Shown in pieces: positions 1 through 11,486 of a stretch of DNA of 57,759 bases. Where the stretch lies: contig JABHKE010000023.1 of the NCBI GenBank assembly GCA_018692355.1, positions 1 to 57,759 of the forward strand. Direction: 5' to 3'. The position numbers and the translations under genes are program-made. Origin of the DNA: Fidelibacterota bacterium (GTDB taxonomy: Bacteria > Fidelibacterota > Marinisomatia > Marinisomatales > UBA1611). Within the stretch, counting starts at the first letter, position 1, and each line of letters opens with the position of its first letter. A model generated the notes under the pieces. It was not told the origin of the DNA, searched no databases, and saw only the letters and a program-made list of their open reading frames with translations.

Positions 1-1053
1 ATCAAGGTTGATGGGTCTGAGTCTATTCAAGGACAAGTCTTTACATCCGAACAATTAACATCAGCAAATCGCACCACGATATTAAATAGAATATTAGAAG
101 CGAACCTTTTCCCCCTGATCCGTCAGCGACCATTCAACAAAGTGGCGAATCCGAATGATTTTCCGAGAGATATTTTTATTTCAGCCGTAAATACGGCGCC
201 CTTATCCGTTGACCTGGACCCTGTAATTGAATCTGAAAAGGCAGCATTCCAGGCCGGAGTAACAGCTTTATCAAAACTCACGGACGGAAATGTTGTGGTT
301 ACATCAAAGAAAGCGATGGAACTTCAGCATGCTGAAGTTCAGACCATATCCGGTCCCCATCCTGCAGGAAATGTGGGCATCCAGATTCATCAATCAAAAC
401 CTATCAAGCCTGGTGAAATAATTTGGAGTGTAAATGCTCAGCATGTCATTACACTTGGAAAACTTTTTTTAAATGGATCGTATAGCCCAGATATTCTTGT
501 AACCATTGCCGGCCCTGGAGCAACAAATCCCCAGACTGTTTCTGCAAAAGTTGGTGCAAGGATTGGTTCCCTGATCCTAAACCAAGATTTAAGTGAACCG
601 ACAAGATTGATTTCTGGAAATGTTCTAACAGGACAAACTGTAGAAGTAGATAATTTCCTGGGATTTTATGATTCATCTGTAAGTATTGTTTTGGATACTG
701 TTGACAGACCTTTTATGGGTATGTTGGCGGTTGGGAATAGCAAATCAAAATACAGCATCACCAATACTTTTCTAACTTTTGGTGAAAAGCTTTTTAATTT
801 TAATACAGCCCAAAATGGTGAACTCCGAGCCATAGTGCCCATCAATTCCTGGGAGAATGTCCTGCCCATGGATGTATATCCCAATGCCCTTTATCGTGCC
901 ATCCTGGCCCATGATATCGAAGAGATGGAACAGTTAGGCATGTTGGAATGTGATGATGAAGATTTTGCGCTTTGTTCTTTTTCCTGTCCCAGCAAAATTG
1001 ATGTAGGCAAAGTAATCCGTGATGGGTTGAATATGCTGGAAGCGGAAGGATAG
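1..1053 (+). CDS. nqrA: Na+-translocating NADH:quinone oxidoreductase subunit A, C-terminal part (5' end outside window)
   Basis: Frame +1 is open from nt 1; the ORF track merely starts it at an internal GTG at 142. It ends 3 nt before nqrB and sits at the head of a complete nqrBCDEF series. Confidence 0.85.
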   Translation: MKVDGSESIQGQVFTSEQLTSANRTTILNRILEANLFPLIRQRPFNKVANPNDFPRDIFISAVNTAPLSVDLDPVIESEKAAFQAGVTALSKLTDGNVVVTSKKAMELQHAEVQTISGPHPAGNVGIQIHQSKPIKPGEIIWSVNAQHVITLGKLFLNGSYSPDILVTIAGPGATNPQTVSAKVGARIGSLILNQDLSEPTRLISGNVLTGQTVEVDNFLGFYDSSVSIVLDTVDRPFMGMLAVGNSKSKYSITNTFLTFGEKLFNFNTAQNGELRAIVPINSWENVLPMDVYPNALYRAILAHDIEEMEQLGMLECDDEDFALCSFSCPSKIDVGKVIRDGLNMLEAEG

Positions 1054-1056
1054 ACA

Positions 1057-2238
1057 ATGAAGTGGCTCCGAGATATATTAGATAAAATTGCTCCCACATT
1101 TAAAGCAAGTGGTAAACTAGAAAAATTATACCCGATCTTTGAAGCCACAGATACCATTCTTTTTAGCACAGGTGAGCGGACTCATTCCGGTCCACACATT
1201 CGGGACAGTGTTGATGTAAAACGTGTCATGATCTTGGTGGTAATTGCCTTGATTCCCTGTTATATTTTTGGCGCCATGAATGTGGGCTATCAAATGGCCG
1301 TGGCACTGGGACAAACTTCTACACTGCAGGAAAACCTAATGAATGGCGCCTTCAAAATACTGCCAATCATTGCCGTGGCTTTTGCTTCTGGTGCATTCTG
1401 GGAACTCCTGTTTGCCGTCGTTCGGCGTCATCCTGTTTCCGAAGGATTTTTAGTTACCTGTGCCTTGATCCCACTGGTTATGCCACCCACCATTCCGCTC
1501 TGGCAGGTTGCCGTAGCCACCACTTTTGGTATTGTCATTGGGAAAGAGATTTTTGGCGGAGTGGGTATGAATATATTTAATCCAGCACTGGTAGCCCGTG
1601 CATTTTTATTTTTTACATATCCAGGACGAATTTCAGGTGATAAAGTTTGGGCATCTGGACCGGATGGATATTCCGGCGCCACAGCATTAGCCGTTCCAGC
1701 AGCAGAATTGAGTCAAGATGCGGTTACCCTTCTTGATTCTGTGACCCAATTTGATTTTTCCTGGATCAATTTGTTCATGGGTTGGATACCGGGCTCCATT
1801 GGTGAAACCAGTACCTTATGGATTATGGTTGGGGCAGTGTTTCTTGCCCTTACAGGTATTGCTTCTTGGAGAGTAATGGCAGGTGCAATCTTGGGACTTA
1901 CAGGCATGGCCGCTCTCACAAATTTCATGGCTGAAATAACGGGTTCTACCAATACCATGCTCACACTTCCAGCCCATTATCATTTAGTCATGGGTGGGTT
2001 TGCCTTTAGCGTAGCATTTATGGCCACAGAACCTGTCACCGGTGCTCATACGGATAAAGGGCGTTGGATTTACGGTATTTTTATTGGCGGGTTAACCGTA
2101 ATTATTCGATCCATCAATCCTGCTTATCCGGAAGGCGCCATGCTGGCAATATTGCTCATGAATGCTTTTGCATCACTTATTGATTATTTTGTGATTCAGG
2201 GCAACATAAAACGACGGATGGTTCGCTATGCGCAGTAA
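1057..2238 (+). CDS. nqrB: Na+-NQR subunit B
   Basis: 393-aa polytopic membrane protein with the FMN-attachment-type motif YSGATAL. Overlaps nqrC by 11 nt. Confidence 0.9.
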   Translation: MKWLRDILDKIAPTFKASGKLEKLYPIFEATDTILFSTGERTHSGPHIRDSVDVKRVMILVVIALIPCYIFGAMNVGYQMAVALGQTSTLQENLMNGAFKILPIIAVAFASGAFWELLFAVVRRHPVSEGFLVTCALIPLVMPPTIPLWQVAVATTFGIVIGKEIFGGVGMNIFNPALVARAFLFFTYPGRISGDKVWASGPDGYSGATALAVPAAELSQDAVTLLDSVTQFDFSWINLFMGWIPGSIGETSTLWIMVGAVFLALTGIASWRVMAGAILGLTGMAALTNFMAEITGSTNTMLTLPAHYHLVMGGFAFSVAFMATEPVTGAHTDKGRWIYGIFIGGLTVIIRSINPAYPEGAMLAILLMNAFASLIDYFVIQGNIKRRMVRYAQ

Positions 2239-2938
2239 CCTTTACACACTGGGATTCACATCCATCGTGACCATCGTTTTAGGTTTTTTTCTTGCTTTAG
2301 CGGCAGACGGGTTAAGAGAGCTACAGGTTACCAATGTGGAAAATGATATGAAGAAAAATATTCTGGTATCCCTTGGGTTTAAGCCTGGAGGAGAAACACC
2401 CTGGACTTCAGATGAAATTCAAAAATTGTTCCAGGAGAATATTGATGCGGTCGTTTTAGATGCTTCTGGCCAGATGACAGAAAAAGATCCTAAAGAAATC
2501 GATACTGAAAAGGACGTTGAATTCCTTCCTATTTATTTGAAAAAAATCGGCAATAATGTGGAGGGATATGCAATACCTATTGCCGGTAAAGGATTATGGT
2601 CGACACTTTTTGGATATTTTGCTATTGAGCCAGATGGACGAACTGTAAAGGGAATCACATTTTATAAGCACGGTGAAACACCGGGGTTGGGTGCTGAAGT
2701 GGACAAGGCCTGGTTTCAGCAAAATTTTATTGGAAAAAGATTTGTGGATGAAAATGATCAATTGGTTGGTATTAATGTTATTAAAGGGAAGGTTGAATCC
2801 GATGATCAGGAAGCCTATCATAAAGTAGATGGTATTTCCGGCGCTACAATTACTGGAAAAGGATTGGAGTTTTTCTTGAAAGATGATCTTAGAAAATATG
2901 AACCCTTTTTTAAACAAGTAAGGGTTAGACAAAGTTAA
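2228..2938 (+). CDS. nqrC: Na+-NQR subunit C
   Basis: 236 aa with a single N-terminal TM helix and the FMN-attachment motif [10 protein letters not shown]. Confidence 0.9.
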   Translation: MRSNLYTLGFTSIVTIVLGFFLALAADGLRELQVTNVENDMKKNILVSLGFKPGGETPWTSDEIQKLFQENIDAVVLDASGQMTEKDPKEIDTEKDVEFLPIYLKKIGNNVEGYAIPIAGKGLWSTLFGYFAIEPDGRTVKGITFYKHGETPGLGAEVDKAWFQQNFIGKRFVDENDQLVGINVIKGKVESDDQEAYHKVDGISGATITGKGLEFFLKDDLRKYEPFFKQVRVRQS

Positions 2939-3564
2939 TGGGATTACTTGAAAAAAAATCTAAACAGGCTTTCACAGATCCATTAAGTGCAAATAATCCT
3001 ATTACACTCCAGGTATTAGGAATCTGTTCAGCCTTGGCTGTTACTGTGAAAATGGATACGGCAGTGGTTATGACACTGGCTGTAGTTGCCGTTTTATCTA
3101 TTTCCAATACGTTGATTTCCTTACTTCGTAATCTGATCCCAGGAAAAGTTAGGATCATAGTTCAACTTTCTATCATCGCATCTCTAGTAATTTTTACCGA
3201 TCAAATCCTTAAAGCATACTTTTATGATATCAGCAAACAACTTACTGTTTTTGTGGGATTGATTATTACCAATTGTATTGTCATGGGGCGGGCCGAAGCA
3301 TTTGCTATGCAAAATTCTCCCGGTAAATCTTTTTTGGATGGGTTAGGAAATGCACTCGGTTACGGTGGTATTTTGATTGTTGTTTCCTTTTTTAGGGAAA
3401 TACTGGGTAGTGGAACGATTTATGGATTTCAAATCATCCCAGATTCTGCTTATGCTGCCGGATATGAGAATATGGGACTCATGTCGTTGTCACCTGGGGC
3501 ATTCATTATATTAGGCTTAATTGTCTGGGTCCACCGGATATCAGTGGACATCGAAGAGGAATAG
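2938..3564 (+). CDS. nqrD: Na+-NQR subunit D
   Basis: 208-aa NqrD/RnfE-type multi-TM protein. Its ATG overlaps the nqrC stop (TAATG). Confidence 0.9.
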   Translation: MGLLEKKSKQAFTDPLSANNPITLQVLGICSALAVTVKMDTAVVMTLAVVAVLSISNTLISLLRNLIPGKVRIIVQLSIIASLVIFTDQILKAYFYDISKQLTVFVGLIITNCIVMGRAEAFAMQNSPGKSFLDGLGNALGYGGILIVVSFFREILGSGTIYGFQIIPDSAYAAGYENMGLMSLSPGAFIILGLIVWVHRISVDIEEE

Positions 3565-3566
3565 GC

Positions 3567-4175
3567 GTGGAACATTATATTAGTCTGGCCACCAAAGCCA
3601 TGTTCGTTGAGAATATCCTATTAGCCTATTTTCTTGGCATGTGTTCATTTCTTGCGATTTCTAAGAAGATTGATACATCTATTGGTCTCGGATTTGCAGT
3701 GGTATTTGTTTTGACAATAACAGCACCAGCCAACTGGGCAATCCACAATTATTTTCTCCAGGATAGTGCTTTGGCTTGGGCTGGTTTCCCGGATGTGGAT
3801 TTAAGTTTCCTGAATTTTATTGTATTTATTGCCGTCATCGCTGCCATCGTTCAATTAGTGGAAATGATCCTGGATAAATTCTCACCGACTTTATACTACA
3901 ATCTTGGCATTTTTCTGCCCCTGATCGCAGTGAATTGTTCAATCCTTGGTGGATCCCTTTTTCTGGTTGAAAGAGAATATACTTTATTGGAATCCACCGT
4001 ATTTGGTTTTGGATCTGGTATGGGCTTTTTTTTAGCCATCGTTTCCATGGCTTCCATTCGTCATCGTCTGCGCTATTCAAATGTACCTGCCAAACTTCGT
4101 GGATTGGGAATCACCATGCTTCTAACAGGACTTTTATCCATGGCATTTATGGCTTTTTCCGGAATTGATCTCTAA
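3567..4175 (+). CDS. nqrE: Na+-NQR subunit E
   Basis: 202-aa NqrE/RnfA-type multi-TM protein. GTG start lies 2 nt after the nqrD stop. Confidence 0.9.
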   Translation: MEHYISLATKAMFVENILLAYFLGMCSFLAISKKIDTSIGLGFAVVFVLTITAPANWAIHNYFLQDSALAWAGFPDVDLSFLNFIVFIAVIAAIVQLVEMILDKFSPTLYYNLGIFLPLIAVNCSILGGSLFLVEREYTLLESTVFGFGSGMGFFLAIVSMASIRHRLRYSNVPAKLRGLGITMLLTGLLSMAFMAFSGIDL

Positions 4176-5404
4176 TGGAATTGACTCTTTTAACCATTGG
4201 GGTTTTTACCGGAGTGATCCTGGTTTTGGTTCTCATCATTAATTTTGCAGAAAGTAAACTACTGCCCCAAGGTGAAATGACAATTACTGTGAATGATGAG
4301 GAAGATAAAAAATTCAAGGTTGGTTCTGGCGGGACACTATTATCTGCATTAGCAAATGAAACCATTTATCTTCCATCTGCATGTGGTGGTGGCGGAACTT
4401 GCGCTATGTGCAAATGTCAGGTTTTAGATGGCGGTGGTGGGATACTCCCAACTGAAACAGGTCATATTAGTCGCAGCGAAGCAAAGGAAAATTGGCGTCT
4501 TGCCTGCCAGGTAAAGGTGAAGGAAGACATGAATATCCATGTTCCTGATGAAATTTTTAGTATTCGGAAATGGGAATGCACTGTCAAGTCTAATGAGAAC
4601 GTTGCCACATTTATCAAAGAATTGGTATTGGATTTACCTGAAGGGGAGAACCTTAATTTCCAGGCTGGTGGATATATCCAGATTGATATTCCAGAATACA
4701 GAAATTTGTTATTTAAGGATTTTGATGTAGAAGATGAATATCATCCGGATTGGGATAAATATAAAGTTTGGAATTTAGTTGCTAATAATGATGAGCCGAT
4801 ATTTCGTGCCTTTTCTATGGCGAATCATCCAGCCGAAGGGAACCGTATCATGTTAAATGTTCGGATCGCTACGCCGCCGCCGCCGCTATGGAATGATGTA
4901 CCTCCTGGTTTGGCATCTTCCTATATCTTTAATTTGAAACCAGGAGATAAAGTTACTATTTCCGGGCCATATGGTGAATTTTTTATCAAGGAAACGGATA
5001 GGGAAATGGTTTACATCGGTGGTGGTGCCGGCATGGCGCCCATGCGGTCCCATTTATTTCATTTATTCCAAACTCTGAAAACAGGACGGAAAGTTTCATT
5101 TTGGTATGGTGCGCGATCTGTTCGAGAAATGTTTTATGACGACCATTTTAAAGATCTTGCAGATCAGTTTTCAAATTTCAATTATCAAGTTGCTCTTTCG
5201 GATGCTATGGAAGAAGATAATTGGAAGGGTTCCACAGGATTCATCCACCAAGTACTCCATGATGAGTATTTGTCAAAACATGACGACCCTACAGAAGTTG
5301 AGTATTATATGTGTGGCCCCCCACCTATGATCAATGCTGTTGAAGGGATGCTGGATAGCCTAGGTGTTGAACCGGGAATGATTGCCTACGATAGTTTTGG
5401 ATAA
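4175..5404 (+). CDS. nqrF: Na+-NQR subunit F
   Basis: 409 aa with an N-terminal TM helix, the 2Fe-2S ferredoxin motif [12 protein letters not shown], the FAD motif RAFSMAN and the NADH-binding motif GGGAGMAP. Confidence 0.93.
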   Translation: MELTLLTIGVFTGVILVLVLIINFAESKLLPQGEMTITVNDEEDKKFKVGSGGTLLSALANETIYLPSACGGGGTCAMCKCQVLDGGGGILPTETGHISRSEAKENWRLACQVKVKEDMNIHVPDEIFSIRKWECTVKSNENVATFIKELVLDLPEGENLNFQAGGYIQIDIPEYRNLLFKDFDVEDEYHPDWDKYKVWNLVANNDEPIFRAFSMANHPAEGNRIMLNVRIATPPPPLWNDVPPGLASSYIFNLKPGDKVTISGPYGEFFIKETDREMVYIGGGAGMAPMRSHLFHLFQTLKTGRKVSFWYGARSVREMFYDDHFKDLADQFSNFNYQVALSDAMEEDNWKGSTGFIHQVLHDEYLSKHDDPTEVEYYMCGPPPMINAVEGMLDSLGVEPGMIAYDSFG

Positions 5405-5417
5405 TTATTATTATAAG

Positions 5418-6455
5418 ATGAATATTACAAAAGCCCGACTATTGTTGGGCTTTTTAGTCTGTTTAATTGGCTGCAGTCAACAAAGAGACTTGATCCATTT
5501 TTCAGGTCTAACCATGGGAACCACTTACTCGATCAAGGCAATTCCATTAGAGAAAAACATGGATACTCAAATTTTAAAAAAAGGAATTGATTCCATTTTA
5601 TTTTCTCTGGATAAGCAAATGTCAACCTGGGACCCGAATAGTGAAATATCCCAATTCAACCTTACTCATTCGACTAAACCATACGCGATCTCGGAATCAT
5701 TTAGGACGGTGGTTAAAGCAGCTTTGGATGTATCGGAAAAGACGGATGGGTTTTTTGATATCACAGTGTTTGATCTTATGGGAATATGGGGTTTTGGCCC
5801 TGATCCTAATTCTGGGATACCGGACCAAAAACAAATTGAAACTGTCTTATCCTATACCGGGCATGAAAAAATTAGTGTTACTGAGAAAGCTATTATCAAA
5901 GAGTATCCTGAAACAAAACTGGATTTGAATGCTATCGCTAAAGGTTATGCCGTGGATGAGGTTTTCCATTTTCTCCAATCCAAGGGATTCACGGATTTTT
6001 TTGTAGAAATTGGTGGAGAAGTACAATGTTCTGGACGAAATCAGTTAAATAAATACTGGTCAATTGGCATTGAAAACCCTTCAGGCGGAAATAAGTCAAA
6101 TCAAACATTCGCTGCAATTGTTTATTCGGATGGCGGAGCGATTGCTACTTCGGGGAATTACCGTAATTTTGTTAGCATAGATGGTGAAATTCTTGGACAC
6201 ACAATCAATCCAAAAACCGGTATTCCCATCCTGACAAATGTTCTATCCGTAACTGTCCTGTCAAATTCTTGCATGGTAGCAGATGCGTGGGCAACTGCAT
6301 TAATGGTAATGGATTATGAAACGGGATTAAAAAAAGTGACAGAAAACTCGGACATAAAAGCCGTTTGGATTCTTGATAAGAAAGATGGATCAAGATGTGT
6401 TGCGACATCCGTTGGCGCGAAGATAGATGACTCTATTTACGAAATTATATCCTAA
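5418..6455 (+). CDS. apbE: FAD:protein FMN transferase (ApbE family lipoprotein)
   Basis: Lipoprotein signal with lipobox (LLGFLVCLIGC). ApbE-like sequence in the canonical position after nqrF. I prefer ATG 5418 to the track start 5382, which lies inside nqrF. Confidence 0.85.
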   Translation: MNITKARLLLGFLVCLIGCSQQRDLIHFSGLTMGTTYSIKAIPLEKNMDTQILKKGIDSILFSLDKQMSTWDPNSEISQFNLTHSTKPYAISESFRTVVKAALDVSEKTDGFFDITVFDLMGIWGFGPDPNSGIPDQKQIETVLSYTGHEKISVTEKAIIKEYPETKLDLNAIAKGYAVDEVFHFLQSKGFTDFFVEIGGEVQCSGRNQLNKYWSIGIENPSGGNKSNQTFAAIVYSDGGAIATSGNYRNFVSIDGEILGHTINPKTGIPILTNVLSVTVLSNSCMVADAWATALMVMDYETGLKKVTENSDIKAVWILDKKDGSRCVATSVGAKIDDSIYEIIS

Positions 6456-6630
6456 CTGAATCAGCTTCAGTATTTTCACATTTTTGAGGATCTCCACCAC
6501 AAATGGAACAATTGCCATTGGGATTCAATCCACCGCAGGAACCGGATATCGGTTTATTATTAAAAATGACACCAATAGCCATACCTACGATGGCAATAGC
6601 AAAAACTGTAATTCCAAGAAAAATTTCCAT
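6445..6630 (-). CDS. nqrM: (Na+)-NQR maturation factor NqrM-like small membrane protein (DUF539-like)
   Basis: About 61 aa from MEIFLG..., with one TM helix followed by a Cys-rich tail (SGSCGG...NCSICGG...C) typical of NqrM. Adjacent to apbE but on the opposite strand, overlapping the apbE 3' end by 11 nt. The only - strand gene I accept. Confidence 0.6.
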   Translation of the reverse strand: MEIFLGITVFAIAIVGMAIGVIFNNKPISGSCGGLNPNGNCSICGGDPQKCENTEADSVRI

Positions 6631-6749
6631 GCCTGAAATTACTGGAGAATAGTTCTCCAATACCGATATAATTATATTTGATCAGGGTTCCATTCTATAA
6701 GTGAAATATTGTAATTTTAAGACTTCGGTAAAACTGATATTGAACCATC

Positions 6750-8183
6750 ATGAAACATAAGATACTGTCTTTAATTTTGATTGCTGTCCCTGCGCTGATC
6801 TTGGCCAGTGGCGATCCACATGGTGAAGTCCCCCATTTAGATGGGAGTATAGAGAACTTAAATATTATTTGGGTGATCCCTTTTATTGGTATCTTGCTAT
6901 CCATAGCGGTATTCCCTTTAGTGGCTCCCTTATTTTGGCATCATCACTTCGGAAAAGTATCTCTTTTCTGGGCTGTTTCATTGATCGGTCCATTTTTATT
7001 GAAGGAAGGTTTGGAGATCACCTTATATGAACTACTTCATGTGGCATTTTTAGAATATATCCCGTTTATCATTTTACTATTAGCTTTATTTACAATTTCC
7101 GGCGGTGTACGTTTAACAGGATCCCTTGTCGGGACACCCAGCGTAAATACACTAATCATTCTGATTGGGACAATACTGGCAAGTTGGATGGGAACGACGG
7201 GAGCAGCTATGCTTTTAATTCGTCCGTTAATTCGTGCAAATGCTCACCGAAAGCATAAAGTTCATGTGATTGTATTCTTCATTTTCCTCGTAGCAAATAT
7301 TGGTGGTTCCTTGACACCACTTGGAGACCCTCCTCTATTTCTGGGATTTTTAAAAGGTGTGGATTTCTTTTGGACCACCACAGCTATGTTTAAGCCCATG
7401 GCGTTTATGATTATTTGCTTATTGATACTATTTTATATGTTTGATAAGTATTATTTCGGACATGAGCTTATCCCGGAATCCAATCGAAATGAGGAATCTC
7501 ATAAACTCGGTTTAGAAGGTTCTTTTAACTTGCTATTACTTTTAGGTGTGATCGGAGGTGTTTTATTAAGTGGATTTTGGGATGGGGGAGGTATCTATTA
7601 TGATGTTTTTCATATCCGCTTGGAAATACAAAACGTGGTTCGAGATGGATTGCTTCTTGGGTTGGCCTATGCCAGTTGGATATTGACATCACGTAAGATA
7701 CGCACCGCTAATGATTACACATGGTTTCCTATTATCGAAGTGGCCAAATTATTCGCGGGTATCTTTGTAACAATCATTCCAGCCATCGCCATCCTGAAAG
7801 CAGGAACTCATGGTGCATTAGCATCTGTTGTTTCTTCTGTTTCAAATGGAGACGGAAGTCCCATCGATTTCATGTATTTCTGGGCAACAGGAATTTTGTC
7901 TAGTTTTTTGGATAATGCACCAACTTACTTGGTCTTTTTTAATACGGCGGGTGGTAATGCTACCACACTCATGGAAGATCTGCCAAACACTCTTTTAGCC
8001 ATTTCCGCAGGAGCAGTTTTCATGGGGGCCAATACTTATATCGGAAATGCACCCAATTTTATGGTAAAATCTATTTCTGAAGCATCGGGGATCGAGATGC
8101 CCAGTTTCTTTGGGTATTTTTTTAAATGGGCATTACCAATCCTGTTCCCACTTTTTATTTTGGTATCATTTCTCTTTTTCTAA
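6750..8183 (+). CDS. Ion-transporter-superfamily permease (ArsB/NhaD-like, putative Na+/H+ antiporter)
   Basis: 477-aa, highly hydrophobic polytopic protein with general resemblance to ArsB/NhaD/citrate-transporter-type permeases. Substrate not inferable from sequence. Confidence 0.55.
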   Translation: MKHKILSLILIAVPALILASGDPHGEVPHLDGSIENLNIIWVIPFIGILLSIAVFPLVAPLFWHHHFGKVSLFWAVSLIGPFLLKEGLEITLYELLHVAFLEYIPFIILLLALFTISGGVRLTGSLVGTPSVNTLIILIGTILASWMGTTGAAMLLIRPLIRANAHRKHKVHVIVFFIFLVANIGGSLTPLGDPPLFLGFLKGVDFFWTTTAMFKPMAFMIICLLILFYMFDKYYFGHELIPESNRNEESHKLGLEGSFNLLLLLGVIGGVLLSGFWDGGGIYYDVFHIRLEIQNVVRDGLLLGLAYASWILTSRKIRTANDYTWFPIIEVAKLFAGIFVTIIPAIAILKAGTHGALASVVSSVSNGDGSPIDFMYFWATGILSSFLDNAPTYLVFFNTAGGNATTLMEDLPNTLLAISAGAVFMGANTYIGNAPNFMVKSISEASGIEMPSFFGYFFKWALPILFPLFILVSFLFF

Positions 8184-8719
8184 TGCGCGTTTCTAAAGTG
8201 ATCACAAAATCAGGCGATGAAGGCCAAACCGGTCTGGGGGATGGGAGAAGAGTTTCCAAAACTCATATTCGTATCCAAGCGATTGGATCAATTGACCATT
8301 TAAATTCATTACTTGGATGGGCCATGGTTGAGGCGGGAAGATCGGTTAAGAATGATTTGGAACGAGTCCAACAGGACCTCTTTGACCTTGGTGGCGAATT
8401 GGCCATGCCCGGGATAGAGTTGCAACTTTTGAACGCAGAACGCTTGCAATGGCTTGAGCATGAAACAGAAAAATTGAATAAATCACTTGCGCCTTTAGAG
8501 GAATTTATTTTGCCAGGAGGAACGGAACTTTCAGCCCGAATTCATATTGTAAGGACTGCTTGCCGCAATACAGAAAGAGATATTGTTGCTTTAGCTGAAA
8601 CAAAAGAAGACTCAGATCTTCACAGAGTGTATTTGAACCGCTTGTCAGATTATCTGTTTGTTTTGGCTAGAAAGATCCAAATGGATGAAGGAACGAAGGA
8701 AACTCAATGGGATCATTAA
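8183..8719 (+). CDS. ATP:cob(I)alamin adenosyltransferase, PduO type
   Basis: N-terminal motif TKSGDEGQTGL and helical-bundle-like remainder, about 178 aa from ATG 8183. That ATG overlaps the upstream stop (TAATG). The track start 8126 lies inside the permease gene. Confidence 0.8.
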   Translation: MRVSKVITKSGDEGQTGLGDGRRVSKTHIRIQAIGSIDHLNSLLGWAMVEAGRSVKNDLERVQQDLFDLGGELAMPGIELQLLNAERLQWLEHETEKLNKSLAPLEEFILPGGTELSARIHIVRTACRNTERDIVALAETKEDSDLHRVYLNRLSDYLFVLARKIQMDEGTKETQWDH

Positions 8720-8726
8720 AAATAAT

Positions 8727-9752
8727 ATGAATTTTAATAATACGTCAATAGACTGGTATCAGGTGCATGAAGTGATAAGCGCTGCGGATCGAATTATGCT
8801 CTCAACACATGAAAATCCGGACGGTGATGGCTTGGGAGCCGAATGCGGACTCTATTACCATTTGAAGGAGATTGGGAAAGATGTGAGGATTGTCAATTAT
8901 TCTCCATTACCTGAATATTATACATTTTTGAATTCCGACCAAATATTTGAATGCTATGACCAGAATTTTCACGAAAATTGGGTTAAAGATGTGGATCTGG
9001 TTATCATTTTTGATGTTGGAGATTTTGTTCGAACCAGAACAATTGTAGATGCAATTAAATCACATGGATTAAAAACTTTGAACATAGACCATCATCCTCA
9101 CCCTGATGAGCATCCATTTACCCATAATGTGGTGGACTTATCTGCAGCTGCTACAGGATGTATGGTATACGATTATTTACAAATTGCTCGGACGGATCCC
9201 ATTGCTAAAAAAAGTTTTGAAGGGATTTATACTGCGGTTATGACTGACACAGGTTGTTTTCGATACAGCAATACGGACAAGAAATGCTACGAGATCGCCA
9301 TTCAATGTGTGGAATCTGGCGTAGAAACTCACACGATTTATCAAAGTGTTTACGAGAATAGCACCAAGTCACGGATGCGGCTTATGGGTGAACTTTTAAC
9401 TAATCTACATTACGAATTAGATGGTAATTTGGCATGGTTTATTATTACTCAGGAAATGATGGATCTAGCTCACGCTTCGAAAGCAGATGTGGAAGGTTTT
9501 ACTGATATGGTTCGTACGATTCACGGTGTAGAGGTGGCACTTATGATCTTTGAGCAAAATGTGGAAAGTTGTCGAATCAATTTTCGCTCCAAAGGGAAAT
9601 TCACCGTGAATGACATTGCAAAATCCTTGGGTGGAGGCGGACATGCCTTGGCTGCTGGTGCTGTGGTCTCTGGATCATTAGTGGATGTAAAAGAAAAAAC
9701 TGTGAATGCTTCTATTGATTCTATTCGACAAAAAATGAACGAATCCTTATGA
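8727..9752 (+). CDS. nrnA: DHH/DHHA1 phosphoesterase (NrnA-like oligoribonuclease/pAp phosphatase)
   Basis: Motifs HENPDGDGLG, NIDHHPH and GGGGHALAAG. Start taken at MNFNN (8727) rather than 8658. Confidence 0.75.
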   Translation: MNFNNTSIDWYQVHEVISAADRIMLSTHENPDGDGLGAECGLYYHLKEIGKDVRIVNYSPLPEYYTFLNSDQIFECYDQNFHENWVKDVDLVIIFDVGDFVRTRTIVDAIKSHGLKTLNIDHHPHPDEHPFTHNVVDLSAAATGCMVYDYLQIARTDPIAKKSFEGIYTAVMTDTGCFRYSNTDKKCYEIAIQCVESGVETHTIYQSVYENSTKSRMRLMGELLTNLHYELDGNLAWFIITQEMMDLAHASKADVEGFTDMVRTIHGVEVALMIFEQNVESCRINFRSKGKFTVNDIAKSLGGGGHALAAGAVVSGSLVDVKEKTVNASIDSIRQKMNESL

Positions 9753-10612
9753 AAATATTATTGGCAAAGGATGCAGGCTATTGCTTTGGTGTGAGAGACG
9801 CAGTAAATCTTGCTTATGATACAGCCAAAGATCACGGAGAGGTTTACATGCTAGGTACCATCGTCCATAATGAGAAAGTTGTGGAAGATCTTTCCAAATC
9901 AGGTACGAAAGTTGTGGATAAATTGGTTGAAGTTCCGTCTGATAGACCTATTCTTTTTCGTGCACATGGAACTGCGCCAAGCGTATGGGATAAGGCAAAG
10001 AATAAAAGCCTGAATATCATTGACGCCACTTGCCCGTTGGTGACGGAGATTCACGATGAGATCAAAAAACTGGAAGCAGAAGGTCGGCGAACAATTATCA
10101 TTGGCGATCATGGGCATGATGAAGTTGTGGGTATAGCAGCACAAGTAAAGGATCCCATTATACTTGCCAATGTAAAAGAAGCAAAGGCACTTCGAAAAAT
10201 GAAAAAAGTCGGCGTGGTTAGCCAATCGACACAAATGATCGAGAATGTCCAGGAGATCATTAATGTACTCATGCAAAAAGTTTTCGACCTACGGTTTGTC
10301 AATACAATTTGTTTTCCAACTCGACGGAATCATGAGCAAATTAAGGAATTGGCGACCCAATGCGAAGTAATGATCATAATTGGGTCATTTACAAGTGCAA
10401 ATTCAAAACGATTAACTCAATTGGCATTGGAAAGAAATAAAAGATCTTATCAGGTGACTTGTGCAGATGATATGGAAGCATTCTGGTTTGAAAATTGTGA
10501 AACAGTGGGCATTTCTGCCGGTGCATCCACACCAGACGATATTATTAGAAATGTAGTTGAAAAAATAAAAGGAATTGGGCACGTAACTAAAGAGGAGATA
10601 GTTTATGAGTAA
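9749..10612 (+). CDS. ispH: 4-hydroxy-3-methylbut-2-enyl diphosphate reductase
   Basis: 287 aa with three cluster-ligand Cys contexts ([19 protein letters not shown]) and an HNEKVV motif. Confidence 0.9.
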   Translation: MKILLAKDAGYCFGVRDAVNLAYDTAKDHGEVYMLGTIVHNEKVVEDLSKSGTKVVDKLVEVPSDRPILFRAHGTAPSVWDKAKNKSLNIIDATCPLVTEIHDEIKKLEAEGRRTIIIGDHGHDEVVGIAAQVKDPIILANVKEAKALRKMKKVGVVSQSTQMIENVQEIINVLMQKVFDLRFVNTICFPTRRNHEQIKELATQCEVMIIIGSFTSANSKRLTQLALERNKRSYQVTCADDMEAFWFENCETVGISAGASTPDDIIRNVVEKIKGIGHVTKEEIVYE

Positions 10613-11486
10613 AGGAACATTTGAAGTAAAGGTAGGGTTGGCAGAAATGCTGAAAGGTGGTGTTATAATGGATGTGACCAACGCAGAACAGGCAAAAATC
10701 GCAGAAGATGCGGGCGCTTGCGCTGTTATGGCATTGGAACGAATTCCAGCTGACATCCGAAAAGATGGTGGTATTTCAAGGATGAGCGACCCTGATATGA
10801 TACGGGGAATCCAGGCGCAGGTCTCTATTCCTGTCATGGCAAAATGCAGGATTGGCCATTTTGCTGAAGCGCAAGTACTGGAGACACTGGAAATTGATTT
10901 CATTGATGAAAGTGAAGTTTTGACTCCAGCCGATGAACATAACCATATTTGGAAACATGATTACAAAGCACCCTTTGTTTGCGGATGTAGAAATTTGGGA
11001 GAAGCTCTTCGCCGAATCGCGGAAGGTGCTGCCATGATCCGCACCAAAGGTGAAGCAGGTAGTGGGAATATTGTAGAAGCGGTTCGCCATATGAGAACCG
11101 TTATGACTGAGATCAAAAGAGTCACTCGACTTGGTCAAGACGAACTTGTAGCCGAAGCAAAGAATTTGGGTGCACCCTTATCCTTAGTTCAGCAAGTGGC
11201 AAAACTGGGAAAACTTCCAGTTCCAAATTTTGCAGCTGGCGGGATTGCCACACCAGCGGATGCGTCGCTCATGATGCAGCTTGGCGCCGAGTCTGTTTTT
11301 GTGGGCTCCGGGATTTTTAAGAGTGATGATCCTTCAAATCGGGCAAAAGCTGTTGTGGAAGCAACAACTCATTACAAGGATGCAAAACGAGTTGCTGCAG
11401 CCAGTTCAGGTCTCAAAAAAGCCATGAAAGGTTTGGATATGTCCGAAATTCCTATTGAAGAAAGATTACAGGAAAGGGGCTGGTAA
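10605..11486 (+). CDS. pdxS: Pyridoxal 5'-phosphate synthase, lyase subunit
   Basis: 293 aa, strongly PdxS-like ([36 protein letters not shown]). Confidence 0.95.
   Translation: MSKGTFEVKVGLAEMLKGGVIMDVTNAEQAKIAEDAGACAVMALERIPADIRKDGGISRMSDPDMIRGIQAQVSIPVMAKCRIGHFAEAQVLETLEIDFIDESEVLTPADEHNHIWKHDYKAPFVCGCRNLGEALRRIAEGAAMIRTKGEAGSGNIVEAVRHMRTVMTEIKRVTRLGQDELVAEAKNLGAPLSLVQQVAKLGKLPVPNFAAGGIATPADASLMMQLGAESVFVGSGIFKSDDPSNRAKAVVEATTHYKDAKRVAAASSGLKKAMKGLDMSEIPIEERLQERGW

Noticed and set aside
8126-8182. N-terminal extensions proposed by the ORF track for several genes (8126, 8658, 5382, 21502, 22911, 30703, 33484, 52863, 17518)
   Set aside because: In each case the extension lies inside the preceding gene. 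An internal ATG coincides with the upstream stop codon or an RBS, and with the point where homology-like sequence begins.
10412-10903. 163-aa minus-strand ORF antisense to ispH/pdxS, and similar long antisense ORFs (24726-25169, 24324-24704, 16113-16526, 30252-30647, 34122-34514, 31732-32088)
   Set aside because: All lie entirely inside strongly supported plus-strand genes, have odd composition (Cys/His/Phe-rich) and no recognisable motifs. They are shadow ORFs.
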